Shown: positions 47,651-57,615 of the stretch, piece after piece
Layout of the letters: each line of letters opens with the position of its first letter
Numbering within the stretch: the stretch's first letter is position 1
Source of the DNA: Syntrophomonadaceae bacterium
GTDB taxonomy: Bacteria; Bacillota; Dethiobacteria; DTU022
Length of the DNA stretch: 64,000 nucleotides
Direction of reading: 5' to 3'
NCBI GenBank assembly: GCA_003567725.1
Contig: PWYU01000122.1
Span: 44,201 to 108,200, forward strand
Position numbers and translations under genes: made by a program
The notes under the pieces: model-generated
Seen by the model: the letters and a program-made list of their open reading frames with translations, nothing else
What the model was told of the DNA's origin: nothing
Databases searched by the model: none

Positions 47651-48964
47651 TTAAAGATCTTCTTTTTCCTTTTCTACAACCCGCCTGGCTTTACCGGTGG
47701 TGCGTTCTAAAGATCCCGGTTCCAGTAGAGTAATGCGGGGCCCGAGCGAAAGCGTAGAGCGCAGGCTCTGTTTAATGCGGCGCTCCAGGGCTTCGAGCTC
47801 TTTGTAGCGGTCGGTAAATCCTTCCGGGGTTAGCTCAACCTGCACTTCCAGATCTTTAATTGTGTCCCTGGTTTTATGTAAGATCAGCTGGTAATGGGGT
47901 GATACCTCTTTGAAACCGGTCAGGACCTCTTCGATCTGGGAAGGGAAGATATTGACTCCTTTAATAATAATCATATCATCGCTGCGCCCGGTAATGTAAT
48001 CCATCCGGCGGATGGTCCTGCCGCAGGAGCATTTTTCAGCTTTCAATCGGGTAATGTCGCCGGTGCGATAGCGCAGCACAGGAAAGCCTTCTTTTAGAAA
48101 GGGGGTAAGCACCAGTTCCCCGGTAGCGCCGTCGGGTAATACTGTCCCGCTGTTTGGATCGATAATTTCCGGGTAGTAAAGATCTTCTAAGATATGCATA
48201 CCTGCCTTATGCGGACATTCACCGGCCACTCCCGGTCCCACTACTTCTGTTAAACCATAGTTCACAGTAGCTGTTAAGCCCCATTTTCCTTCAATTTCTT
48301 CCCGCATCGCTTCCGAGCAGGGCTCACCTCCGAATAAACCGATCCTAAGCTTGAATTCAAGCGGATCATAACCCAACCCGGCGGCAGCCTCGGCCATATA
48401 AAGGGCAAATGAAGGGGTGCTGACCAGGACAGTGGTCTTAAAATCTTTCATCAGCGCCAGCTGTCTTTCCGTATTGCCGCTGGAAAAAGGAACCACAGTG
48501 GCTCCCAATCTTTCCAGCCCGTAATGCAGGCCAAAACCGCCTGTAAAAAGGCCGTAACCGAACGAGACCTGGGCGATATCTTTTACAGTTACCCCGGCCA
48601 TGACGCAGATCCTGGCCACCGCTTCTGACCACCAGTTCAAATCAGCCCTGGTGTAACCGGCGACGATCGGTTTGCCTGTAGTTCCGGAAGAGGCGTGGAT
48701 GCGCAGGATTTTTTCTAGAGGCACTGCTGTCATCCCGTAAGGATAAGCCTGGCGTAAATCTTTTTTTGTGGTAAAGGGGATAAGGTTATAATTGGCTTTT
48801 CCCTCAATCCTTTCTGGATCTAAACCGGATTTTTCAAAAAGCTGCCGGTAAAAAGGGCTGTTAGCACAGGCATGGCGGACCGCTTTTTTTAATCCTTTTG
48901 CTTGAATTTCCTCAAGTTCTTCCCTGTTCCAGTGGTCCTTTAAATGTTGCTCTTGCAGTTTCAA
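47651..48964 (-). CDS. Phenylacetate-CoA ligase family adenylate-forming enzyme (PaaK-like)
   Basis: ~437 aa with the AMP-binding SSGTTGKP motif. I prefer the TTG at 48964 (SD AGGAG, 9-nt spacer) over the track TTG at 48973. Confidence 0.83.
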   Translation of the reverse strand: MKLQEQHLKDHWNREELEEIQAKGLKKAVRHACANSPFYRQLFEKSGLDPERIEGKANYNLIPFTTKKDLRQAYPYGMTAVPLEKILRIHASSGTTGKPIVAGYTRADLNWWSEAVARICVMAGVTVKDIAQVSFGYGLFTGGFGLHYGLERLGATVVPFSSGNTERQLALMKDFKTTVLVSTPSFALYMAEAAAGLGYDPLEFKLRIGLFGGEPCSEAMREEIEGKWGLTATVNYGLTEVVGPGVAGECPHKAGMHILEDLYYPEIIDPNSGTVLPDGATGELVLTPFLKEGFPVLRYRTGDITRLKAEKCSCGRTIRRMDYITGRSDDMIIIKGVNIFPSQIEEVLTGFKEVSPHYQLILHKTRDTIKDLEVQVELTPEGFTDRYKELEALERRIKQSLRSTLSLGPRITLLEPGSLERTTGKARRVVEKEKEDL

Positions 48965-48997
48965 CGGCTTCAACTCCTAACAGATTAAAGGCTGTGA

Positions 48998-49426
48998 TTA
49001 AAAAGTGTATACCCGGTCGCTTGATACGATGGGAATCTGGTTTTTCTTTAAAACTTCCAGGGCTTCAGCAATTTTTTCTACACGCATCATAATGATGGCG
49101 TTGGTGGTTGATTTTTCGATAAAAGAGTAAAGATACTCAATATTAATATCTGCTTCCTGCAGGTATTCCAGCACCCGGGCCAATCCGCCCGGCGTATCGG
49201 GCACCTCCATGGCGATCACATCGGTAGCTGTGGCCATAATTCCTTTATCTTTTAAAATCTCGATGGTTTTCTCCGGTTGATCCACGATCATCCTCAAGAT
49301 CCCGAAATCGGAAGTGTCGGCAATAGACAGGCCGCGGATATTGATCCCGGCTTCCCCGAGAACCTGGGTTACCCGTACCAGGCGACCCGATTTGTTTTCC
49401 AGAAATACTGAAATTTGTTTGATCAT
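48998..49426 (-). CDS. Tandem ACT-domain protein (PaaK-associated)
   Basis: 142 aa from MIKQISVF with two ACT repeats. SD AGGAGG. The track ORF includes 10 extra upstream codons. Confidence 0.8.
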   Translation of the reverse strand: MIKQISVFLENKSGRLVRVTQVLGEAGINIRGLSIADTSDFGILRMIVDQPEKTIEILKDKGIMATATDVIAMEVPDTPGGLARVLEYLQEADINIEYLYSFIEKSTTNAIIMMRVEKIAEALEVLKKNQIPIVSSDRVYTF

Positions 49427-49597
49427 AACTGTTTCCTCCTCTTTTTCTCCGGGCATAAGAGCACATATTCAATCTGCGTATCCATTTTTCCTGCCTGATA
49501 GTACAATAAATAGATAGTTAAGATTTACGGCAGGATTTTACCCCCATATCAAGAAAAACATCCATAACAGATAACAGCGCCAGGGAGGTAACCTCCA

Positions 49598-50515
49598 ATG
49601 CCCGGAGATGATCAAAAATTTCTTCCTGCTTACCTGAAATTGAGCGCAGAAGAACGGTCTGAAAAAGTAAAGCGCTTTAATCAAATTATGCACAGCTGTA
49701 CTTTTTGCCCCCGCAGCTGCCGGGTTGACCGCCTGCAGGGCGAGAGGGGACAGTGTGGAGTGTCGGCAGATCTTTACATCAGCAGTGCCGGCCCTCACTT
49801 TGGGGAAGAACGAGAACTGGTGGGCGGTGGTGGCTCAGGGACCATTTTTTTTTCTAACTGTAACCTGGCCTGTATATTTTGTCAGAACTGGACCATCAGC
49901 CGGGGAATGGATACAGACAGTCCAGGCAGTGTGGAAGAGCTGGCCAAAATGATGCTTAATTTACAGAAAAGAGGCTGCAGTAATATTAACCTGGTTACTC
50001 CAACCCCTTACCTTTACCACATTACAGCTGCTATTGACCGGGCTGCCGGTGCTGGCCTGAGTTTACCGGTAGTCTATAACTGTGGCGGTTATGAAAGCGC
50101 AGAAACACTTAAGCTGCTGGAAGGATTTATCGATATCTATATGCCCGACGCCAAATACGGATCTGACCGGAGGGGAGAGACTTACTCCGGGGTCAAGGAT
50201 TACTTCAGCCGCCTGAAAGAAGCATTAAAGGAAATGCAGCGTCAGGTTGGCGACTTAAAAATAGGTTCAGGTGGCCTTGCTTATCAGGGCCTTTTAATCC
50301 GCCACCTGGTTTTACCTGACAACCTCTCTGAAAGCGAGATCATCGCCCGTATTATAAAAGAAGAGATATCTCCTCATTGTGCCGTTAATGTTATGGCTCA
50401 ATACTACCCGGCATACCAGGCTTCAAAATTTCCGCCCTTGAACCGGCGCTTAAGCTCGCTCGAATATAGCACAGCCAGGGAAGCATTTCAAAAAGCCGGG
50501 TTGCGGGTGCTTTAA
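49598..50515 (+). CDS. Radical SAM protein, PflX-like (COG1313) activating-enzyme family
   Basis: 305 aa with an N-terminal CxxCxxxC…C cluster and CNLACIFCQN (CX3CX2C). SD GGGAGGT. Confidence 0.75.
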   Translation: MPGDDQKFLPAYLKLSAEERSEKVKRFNQIMHSCTFCPRSCRVDRLQGERGQCGVSADLYISSAGPHFGEERELVGGGGSGTIFFSNCNLACIFCQNWTISRGMDTDSPGSVEELAKMMLNLQKRGCSNINLVTPTPYLYHITAAIDRAAGAGLSLPVVYNCGGYESAETLKLLEGFIDIYMPDAKYGSDRRGETYSGVKDYFSRLKEALKEMQRQVGDLKIGSGGLAYQGLLIRHLVLPDNLSESEIIARIIKEEISPHCAVNVMAQYYPAYQASKFPPLNRRLSSLEYSTAREAFQKAGLRVL

Positions 50516-50653
50516 AGACCTGATTTTGGTTGACCCATTTTGCCGTGCTGGTGTAGAATGATAATAAATAAGAATAAGATCTATTTATGAACAGGGTTTT
50601 GTTTATAGAAACCAAAAGTTTGTTAGCAGATTATTTTTAAGGAGGAATTATCG

Positions 50654-50980
50654 ATGGCAGGAGCAGTAAAAGAAATTAAAGAAAACCAATTTGATACGGA
50701 GGTTATGAAGGAATCGCTTCCGGTGCTGGTTGATTTTTGGGCCCCCTGGTGCGGACCCTGTAAAATGCTGGGTCCGATTTTAGAAGATGTAGCGGCCAAC
50801 AATGAAGGCCGCCTGAAAGTGGTTAAAGTTAATGTAGATGAAAACCAGGAACTGGCCCAGAAATATGAAGTAATGAGTATTCCCACCATGTTCCTTTTTA
50901 AAAACGGCGAAGTGGTGGACAGCTTCATGGGGGCCATGAATAAGCAGGCTTTAACTGAAAAAGTGGAACAGCACCTTTAA
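50654..50980 (+). CDS. trxA: Thioredoxin
   Basis: 108 aa with the WCGPC active site. SD AAGGAGG. Confidence 0.93.
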   Translation: MAGAVKEIKENQFDTEVMKESLPVLVDFWAPWCGPCKMLGPILEDVAANNEGRLKVVKVNVDENQELAQKYEVMSIPTMFLFKNGEVVDSFMGAMNKQALTEKVEQHL

Positions 50981-51222
50981 TTTTATTTTCTGGCAGGATG
51001 TTAAAAAAGCCTCCTATCTGCTCAGCACCAGCCAGCCCTTTTCAGGCCTTGCTTTAAGAGCAAATTTAAGCTTTCCTTTGATGGTCGCCTGAGTTTTAAT
51101 TCAGGCTGTCCCGGTAATCAAAAAAAAGTTGAGCAGGCACAGGTTTCCTTTTGAAGTAACTTTTCTACTATACTGCTGCTAAAAAAGGTTTTTATAAAAT
51201 CAAGCAGGAAAGAACGTTCCAA

Positions 51223-51531
51223 TTGGCGAATAACATTAAAAATATTCCGAAAGGATGTGTTCTAGCCATGGAACGACAGGCGATCGGCCAGGTGACCCAT
51301 TACTATGGGAAAATAGGGGTGGCCATCCTCGAACTTGATGCCCCGTTGTCGGTAGGAGACACTATAGCCATAGTCGGAGCAACCAGTGATTTGGAACAAG
51401 ACGTTAAATCAATGCAGGTGGAACACCACAACATTGAACAGGCAGCAGCGGGTGACCTGGTCGGTCTCAAAGTTAAAGACAAAGTTCGGGAAGGCGATGC
51501 AGTATTTAAATTAATTACTTCGGACCAGTGA
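51223..51531 (+). CDS. Hypothetical small protein resembling an EF-Tu domain-2-type beta-barrel
   Basis: ~87-102 aa. The stretch …GQVTHYYGKIGVAILELDAPLSVGDTIAIVG… resembles translation-factor domain II. The start is ambiguous between TTG 51223 and ATG 51268. Confidence 0.4.
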   Translation: MANNIKNIPKGCVLAMERQAIGQVTHYYGKIGVAILELDAPLSVGDTIAIVGATSDLEQDVKSMQVEHHNIEQAAAGDLVGLKVKDKVREGDAVFKLITSDQ

Positions 51532-51668
51532 GCGTGAAACATTGGTCCGTTTATAGTCTGACTGTAAACAGCCTTCTTTTTACAAGTAATTTTAAGTACT
51601 CACTGCCGGCCAGTGCTTTGATCTGGCGGCTAATGGAGATTATTTGTTTTACAACAGGTGATCAGTAG

Positions 51669-52439
51669 TTGACTGCGCAGAACAAAGAAAAGCAGCGCTC
51701 TTTTTTAAAGTTTGCAAATCAAGAGTCTGCAGACCATAATCTTTTTAACCAAGCCCTGGCCGGAATGGCCAGGGCTGTTCCGATCATTCTCGGCTACCTA
51801 CCCATCGGTCTTGCCTTTGGAGTATTGGCTTCTACAGCGGGGCTTAGTATTTACAGTGCCGCAGCCATGTCGGTATTTGTTTTTGCCGGCTCTGCTCAAC
51901 TAATCGCTGTCGGCTTGATCGATACCGGGGCCACTATTGCTACGATCACAATGACCGTCTTTCTGGTTAACCTTCGGCACCTGCTTATGAGCGCTTACCT
52001 GGCCCCTCATCTTTGCCACTTAAAACCCTGGCAGCAGGCCCTGTTTAGCTATGAAATTACCGATGAATCTTTTGCCCTTCATGCAGCCAGTTTTCGAAAA
52101 AAAGCCCGCCCTGCCGCAGCGGAGCTTTTTGCACTTAACCACTCAGCACACCTGGCCTGGATTACCGGTACCCTGCTTGGGGCCTGGGTAGGAGTGCGCC
52201 TTACCTTTGATACAGCAGTTTTTGGGATTGATTATGCCTTACCGGCTATGTTTATCGCTTTGCTGGTAATGCAGATTGAACATTACAGGCATGCTGTTAT
52301 CGCTATAATATCTGCCGGGCTGGGACTTATTTTTTATCTTAACGGTATGAGCCAGCTTTACATCATCCTGGCAACTGTAATTGCCGCTACTATTGGCTCC
52401 CTCTGGAAACAAAAAAAGCAATCGGGTTTTTCCGGATAA
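51669..52439 (+). CDS. azlC: AzlC family branched-chain amino acid permease
   Basis: 256 aa with an AzlC membrane topology. TTG start with SD AGGTGA. Confidence 0.8.
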   Translation: MTAQNKEKQRSFLKFANQESADHNLFNQALAGMARAVPIILGYLPIGLAFGVLASTAGLSIYSAAAMSVFVFAGSAQLIAVGLIDTGATIATITMTVFLVNLRHLLMSAYLAPHLCHLKPWQQALFSYEITDESFALHAASFRKKARPAAAELFALNHSAHLAWITGTLLGAWVGVRLTFDTAVFGIDYALPAMFIALLVMQIEHYRHAVIAIISAGLGLIFYLNGMSQLYIILATVIAATIGSLWKQKKQSGFSG

Positions 52440-52461
52440 AAAGAAAAGAGGACGGGAGGAG

Positions 52462-52806
52462 ATGGTTATGCCTGAGCTGAACCTATCTGAAATAATTATC
52501 CTGATTGCCCTGATGTCTGTAGTAACCTACCTGCCCAGGGTCTTTCCGGTTCTAATTCTATCACGGCGCAGCCTGCCCGAACCGGTGGAACGCTGGCTTT
52601 CCTATGTTCCTGTAGCCGTCCTGGCCGCACTTTTAGCGCCGGCCCTGTTTGCCCCGCAGGGAACCCTCGATTTTGCTGTAACCTCCAATCCCGTTTTTTG
52701 GGTTTCCATCCCGGTATTTGCGTTAGCTTTCTTGACCAAAAATCTTTTTGCCACAGTCCTTTTTGGCATGACCATGATCGCCCTCTTCAGGTACATCGTG
52801 TCCTGA
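52462..52806 (+). CDS. azlD: AzlD family branched-chain amino acid transport protein
   Basis: 114 aa from MVMPELN with SD GGGAGGA. Small hydrophobic partner gene of azlC. Confidence 0.75.
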   Translation: MVMPELNLSEIIILIALMSVVTYLPRVFPVLILSRRSLPEPVERWLSYVPVAVLAALLAPALFAPQGTLDFAVTSNPVFWVSIPVFALAFLTKNLFATVLFGMTMIALFRYIVS

Positions 52807-53139
52807 TAAAATCTGTATTCACTTCCGTAAAACAATTTTCTTCCAAGGCTATATAAATGATGAAAACCAGCGCTTTTTTCCTGATTTACAGGCAAAATCA
52901 GCTCGTAGCGATAGCCATTCTTAGTTGACAGAAAAAAAATTATTATGGTATTATATTTACAGGAAATCTATAAGAAAATTGATATATAGATGCTGCTTCA
53001 GATTAATATTTTTCTTTAGTAATTCACAAGTGAACGTTTTAATTATTTAGCTTTCAACTTATCTGTAGAAAATACTGTCAAATAGCTTAAAAGCAGCTTA
53101 ATATATCATAATTAACATTATTTTAAAGGAGGATCTAGA

Positions 53140-54879
53140 ATGGCTAAACTGGTTCGTATCAATATGTCTACCAAGAAAGTAACAGTAGAACCATTACCGG
53201 AGAAGTATAAGGGTAAGGGCGGGCGCTGGCTCTCTTCTCTCATTGTCAGTGATGAAGTCCCTGCTGACTGCCATCCCCTGGGCCCGAACAACAAGCTTGT
53301 TATCGCTCCCGGTATTTTATCGGGAACCCGTGCCCCGAACTCCGGCCGTGTTTCAGTAGGGGGCAAATCACCCCTTACGGGTGGAATTAAAGAAGCAAAT
53401 GCCGGATCACCTTTTCCGCAGAACCTGGCCCGCATGGGCTATGCGGCCCTGGTTATTGAAGGGCTGGTTGAAGATGGTTCACAGTGGCTGTTAAAGGTGG
53501 ATGTTAACGGTGGGGAACTAATTCCCGCAGATGACCTGGCCGGCAAGGGAGCCTATGAAACCGGCCATAAGATTTGGGAAAAATATGAAGATAAGCCGGC
53601 TTTCGTGGTCAATGGACCTGCCGGTGAAGCAAAAATGACCATGGCCGGTATGGCTTTTAGTGACCCGGAAGGCCGTGCTGCTCGCTATGCCGGACGAGGC
53701 GGTCTGGGTGCTGTCATGGGCAGCAAGGGCTTAAAGGCAATTGTCCTCGATCACAAAGATGCTCCTGGCATTAAGCCTGCCGATCAAGAACTGCTTAAAA
53801 CGGGGCAGAAGAAATTGGCCGATGCCATCCTCTCTCATGATGTGACCAAGAAGGGCGGCGCCCTGAACAGTTACGGTACTGCTGTTCTGATCAACATTCT
53901 CAATGAAGCCGGAGGGCTTCCTACCAACAACTTCCGCTCGGGTGTTTTCGAAGGAGCCCAGAAAATCAGCGGCGAAGCGGTGGCTGAAGCAGCCCAGAAA
54001 CGCGGCGGAGCGGGTACAATGGGCCATCGCTGCCATCCGGGTTGTGTTATCAACTGTTCAACAGTCTATGCCAACGAAGACGGCAGCGAACACGTCTCCA
54101 GCGTGGAATATGAATCGCTCTGGTCTTTAGGCGCCAACTGCGGTATTGACAATCTAGATCATGTAGCCGAACTGATCTGGCAGTGCAACGATCTCGGCAT
54201 TGACACCATCGAAGCCGGCTGTACCATCGGTGTTGCTATGGAAGCGGGCCTGGCTGAATTCGGGGACGGGGAAGCGGCCATTAAAATGATGGAAGAAATC
54301 CGCAACCGCACTCCACTGGGTCATATTCTCGGTCAGGGAACGCAGTTTACCGGTGAGGCTTACGGGGTAACCCGTATCCCGACTGTAAAGCGTCAGGGTA
54401 TGCCGGCCTATGAACCGCGCGCTGTTAAGGGTATCGGTGTTACCTACGCCACTTCGACTATGGGCGCAGACCACACCGCTGGTTACACTATCGCCCCGGA
54501 AATCCTTTCGGTAGGTGGTACGTCTGAACCGCTGTCCAAAAAAGATAAAATCGGCCTTTCCAAGGCCTTCCAGGACACCACCGCATTTCTCGATGCGGCC
54601 GGTTACTGCATCTTCATCGCCTTCCCTATCCTTGATATTGAAAGCGGGTTTGAAGGCGTAATCGAAACTGTAAACGGTATGCTCGGTACCAGCTATAAGG
54701 CTGATGATGTGACCAGGATCGGCGATGAAATCCTGCGCCTGGAAAGAAACTTCAACTTAAAGGCCGGTATCGGCAAAGAACAGGACCGGATGCCTGAATT
54801 CATGAAATATGAAAAACTGCCGCCTCATAACCATGTCTGGGATATTGAAGACGACGAATTAGACTCTTTCTGGGATTAA
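53140..54879 (+). CDS. aor: Aldehyde:ferredoxin oxidoreductase family (tungstopterin enzyme)
   Basis: 579 aa with an AOR N-terminal domain and Cys ligands for the [4Fe-4S] cluster. SD AAGGAGGA. Confidence 0.9.
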   Translation: MAKLVRINMSTKKVTVEPLPEKYKGKGGRWLSSLIVSDEVPADCHPLGPNNKLVIAPGILSGTRAPNSGRVSVGGKSPLTGGIKEANAGSPFPQNLARMGYAALVIEGLVEDGSQWLLKVDVNGGELIPADDLAGKGAYETGHKIWEKYEDKPAFVVNGPAGEAKMTMAGMAFSDPEGRAARYAGRGGLGAVMGSKGLKAIVLDHKDAPGIKPADQELLKTGQKKLADAILSHDVTKKGGALNSYGTAVLINILNEAGGLPTNNFRSGVFEGAQKISGEAVAEAAQKRGGAGTMGHRCHPGCVINCSTVYANEDGSEHVSSVEYESLWSLGANCGIDNLDHVAELIWQCNDLGIDTIEAGCTIGVAMEAGLAEFGDGEAAIKMMEEIRNRTPLGHILGQGTQFTGEAYGVTRIPTVKRQGMPAYEPRAVKGIGVTYATSTMGADHTAGYTIAPEILSVGGTSEPLSKKDKIGLSKAFQDTTAFLDAAGYCIFIAFPILDIESGFEGVIETVNGMLGTSYKADDVTRIGDEILRLERNFNLKAGIGKEQDRMPEFMKYEKLPPHNHVWDIEDDELDSFWD

Positions 54880-54891
54880 TAGGAGCCATAA

Positions 54892-55131
54892 ATGAAAGTA
54901 ACAGTAACCTTATATGCAACTTTAACTAAATACCATCCCGAAGGCAAAGGCAGCGCGGACTTCAATGTAGAATTGCCTCCGGGCTCTAAAATCAAAGATC
55001 TCTTTGATCATCTGGGCATTGGAGAAGGGGAAGCAAAACAGGTTTTTATCAAGCATAAAAGCCGGCCCGAAGATTATACCCTGGAAGAGGGAGAACGGGT
55101 GGCTATCTTCCCACCGGTGGCCGGAGGTTAG
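54892..55131 (+). CDS. MoaD/ThiS-family small sulfur-carrier-like protein (C-terminal GG)
   Basis: 79 aa ending …FPPVAGG. Immediately downstream of aor. Confidence 0.75.
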   Translation: MKVTVTLYATLTKYHPEGKGSADFNVELPPGSKIKDLFDHLGIGEGEAKQVFIKHKSRPEDYTLEEGERVAIFPPVAGG

Positions 55132-55170
55132 CTGAAAGAAACTGGAATGTTTTGCTGAAGAAAGACTAAA

Positions 55171-55197
55171 GCGCGGAGTTTTAACTCCGCGCTTTTC
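55171..55197 (+). terminator. Rho-independent terminator (possibly bidirectional) after the aor-moaD unit
   Basis: Stem gcgcggag / ctccgcgc with a 6-nt ttttaa loop (10 bp, gcgcggagtt/aactccgcgc, if the loop is 2 nt), followed by TTTT. Confidence 0.7.
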
Positions 55198-55276
55198 AAT
55201 TCAGGGGCAGCGGACGAAACCCTTGCGACCAGAGGCAGCCGTCGCAGGGCGTGAGACGCATTTGGTTTAGAAAGTT

Positions 55277-55504
55277 TTAGGCCGAGTAGTGCCCCTGTTT
55301 TTCAGCAATCCAAAATTTAATCACAGCCTGCCGGGAAACCCGCAGGTTTTTTGCTTCCTCATCTAAAGCCTGGATCATCCAGTGCGGAAAATCGATGTTT
55401 ATCCTTTGCAGCGCCTCCCCCGGCCGGACTGTTTTGGAAATATCCAGGTACCCGGTTATATCCTGTCCATCGTCAAATTTTTTATCAAAGTGATCCGCTT
55501 TCAT
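55277..55504 (-). CDS. CopG/RHH-type BrnA-like antitoxin, solitary
   Basis: 75 aa. The segment …RINIDFPHWMIQALDEEAKNLRVSRQAVIKFWIAEK… matches the BrnA/CopG antitoxin pattern. SD GGAGGAGG. No adjacent toxin ORF of 60 aa or more. Confidence 0.55.
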   Translation of the reverse strand: MKADHFDKKFDDGQDITGYLDISKTVRPGEALQRINIDFPHWMIQALDEEAKNLRVSRQAVIKFWIAEKQGHYSA

Positions 55505-55659
55505 ACATCTTGACCTCCTCCGGATGAGCGCGGCGCATAGATATAATCCTTAAACTATCATTTCTGATCGTAAATATTGCTGACCAGTGCCTGAAAGCTA
55601 GAATAAAACACCCTTTTACGGTTGTCAAAGTTAGTAAGGATAAGAATACACCAGTTTCT

Positions 55660-55677
55660 GACAGGGGCTAACCTGTC
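55660..55677. repeat. GACAGG-ggctaa-CCTGTC palindrome (fourth member of the GACAGG/CCTGTC element family)
   Basis: tgacaggggctaacctgtcc lies in the ORF-free region between the brnA-like gene and the MATE gene. Confidence 0.5.
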
Positions 55678-55863
55678 CTATGCGTGGGGGCTATTAGAAG
55701 AAGATTTATAATAGAAGCAGGAAAAGAGAGACCTGCTCCTGTTGTGGACAGAAAGGATTGAATATGTTAAATTCATTACCGATAGCAAGCATAATATTTG
55801 CATTTTCTGTTAAACCGGTTTTAGTAACAGCTAATTTACTACTGGGCCTGGGAGTGAACATTT

Positions 55864-57231
55864 TTGCAGGATAACCATAAAGCAATGGGCACAGAAAGCA
55901 TCACCAGGCTTTTGTTCCAGTATTCCCTGCCGGGCACAGTAGGCATGGTTGTGGCTGCCACCTACAATGTGGTCGATACTATATTCATCGGGCGACTGGG
56001 CAGCGAAGCCATTGCCGCCCTTTCGGTGGCATTTCCCATTCAGATGATCTTAGCAGCTATCGGGGTCGGGACCGGGGTTGGCGCTGCCTCCCTGATATCC
56101 CGCTCTTTAGGGGCCGGGAAAATAAGTGATGCTGAAAAAGCTGTGGGGCAGGTAGTGACGCTGGCCCTATTTTTCGGTCTGGTTATTGCTATTGGATCTT
56201 TATATTACCTGCGGCCTTTGCTGATCCTGGTCGGAGCTTCGCCGGAGATTATCAGTTATACTGAAGAATATGCATCTGTCATTACAACCTGGTCGATAAT
56301 GTTCTTTATGATCATGAGCTTAAACAGCGTGGTCCGCTCAGAAGGCAGCCCCCTTTTCTCCATGAAAGTGATGATCTTTTCCTCACTGCTTAATATTGCT
56401 CTTGATCCAATCTTTATTTTCACACTGGATATGGGAATCAGAGGCGCCGCTGTTGCCACCATTTTAGCCAAAGGCACGGGAGCGTTTATCCTGCTTGGCC
56501 ATTTCATCAGCGGTAGAAGCAATGTTCAGCTGATGGCAAAGAACTTAAGGCCTGACTTTGGGATCATAATAAATATTTACAAGATCGGTTTTCCCAGCAT
56601 GGTGCGCCTGTTCTCCAAGAATTTATCACTGGCCATTACAAATATTATTTTAGCCGGTTTTGGTCATATTCCCATTGCCGCTATGGGCCTTTTCTTCCGC
56701 CTTCAGATATTCATTGTCTTACCTGTAATCGGCTTTTCCCAGGGCCTTTTGCCGGTAATCGGCTATAACTATGGAGCCAAACAGCCCGACCGGATCCGTG
56801 AAGCGGTGATTAAGGGCTTTGTCATCAGTACCGCCTTTATTACTGTACTGGCGTTGATCATCTATATCAGCCCAGCCACTTTCTTAAAATTTTTTACCTC
56901 TGATCAGGAGCTTTTGGCCATGGGAACCTATGCCATGCGGATTATGATGGTCATGATGCCTTTAATCGGAATCCAGATTGTCTCAACCGTCTTTTTCCAG
57001 GCTGTAGGTAAGGCAGCTCCTTCACTGTTCCTTTCTTTGCTGCGTGAAGTAATGCTTTTCATTCCCCTGCTTCTTATCCTGACCAATCTTACCGGTTTGA
57101 TCGGGGTCTGGATAGCCCGCCCGGTAAGCGATCTCTTAGCTTTCATCATTACCTTTGTTATGATTAACCGGGAGCTTAATAACCAAAATATCCCCTTACG
57201 CCCCTCTTTATATTACGAAAAAGCGGTCTGA
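55864..57231 (+). CDS. MATE family efflux transporter
   Basis: 455 aa with 12 TM helices and MATE conserved N-terminal segments. TTG start with SD GGGAGTGA. Confidence 0.85.
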   Translation: MQDNHKAMGTESITRLLFQYSLPGTVGMVVAATYNVVDTIFIGRLGSEAIAALSVAFPIQMILAAIGVGTGVGAASLISRSLGAGKISDAEKAVGQVVTLALFFGLVIAIGSLYYLRPLLILVGASPEIISYTEEYASVITTWSIMFFMIMSLNSVVRSEGSPLFSMKVMIFSSLLNIALDPIFIFTLDMGIRGAAVATILAKGTGAFILLGHFISGRSNVQLMAKNLRPDFGIIINIYKIGFPSMVRLFSKNLSLAITNIILAGFGHIPIAAMGLFFRLQIFIVLPVIGFSQGLLPVIGYNYGAKQPDRIREAVIKGFVISTAFITVLALIIYISPATFLKFFTSDQELLAMGTYAMRIMMVMMPLIGIQIVSTVFFQAVGKAAPSLFLSLLREVMLFIPLLLILTNLTGLIGVWIARPVSDLLAFIITFVMINRELNNQNIPLRPSLYYEKAV

Positions 57232-57615
57232 AAGTATTTAACCTCTTTTAAAAAGATAAACAGGCAGGCCCTTACCTCTGAAAACCTCTGCAAAAGTGGT
57301 AGGAAATTTTAAACGCTATCGCAACCGCCGATAAATTTTGAGTTTAGAAAAGGTCATTTTGAAAACCAATTTGTTTTGGCACCGGTCTTGTCCGGGTTAG
57401 GGGCATTACAAATGAATTTCGAAGAAACCCATATGTATTATGGCTTAAAGGGTGTTTTTGGATTTGCTGACGTAGAATCTAATTTATAAATATCCAGTAG
57501 ACTATATAAGTGCAAAATATTATAATATTAATTGTATTAAAAGCAGAAAAGGGGGAAAGGGGAACCTGTATTTTTATAAATCAAAACCATTTTTAATTAT
57601 GAAGAGGGGTTTGTT

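Noticed and set aside
55190-55280. The GC-rich stretch 'ggccgagtagtgcccctg' resembles the mosaic repeat (cccctg / gagtagt).
   Set aside because: It lies inside the 3' end of the brnA-like CDS (it encodes …KQGHYSA) and shares only short words with the repeat family, so it is likely coincidence.
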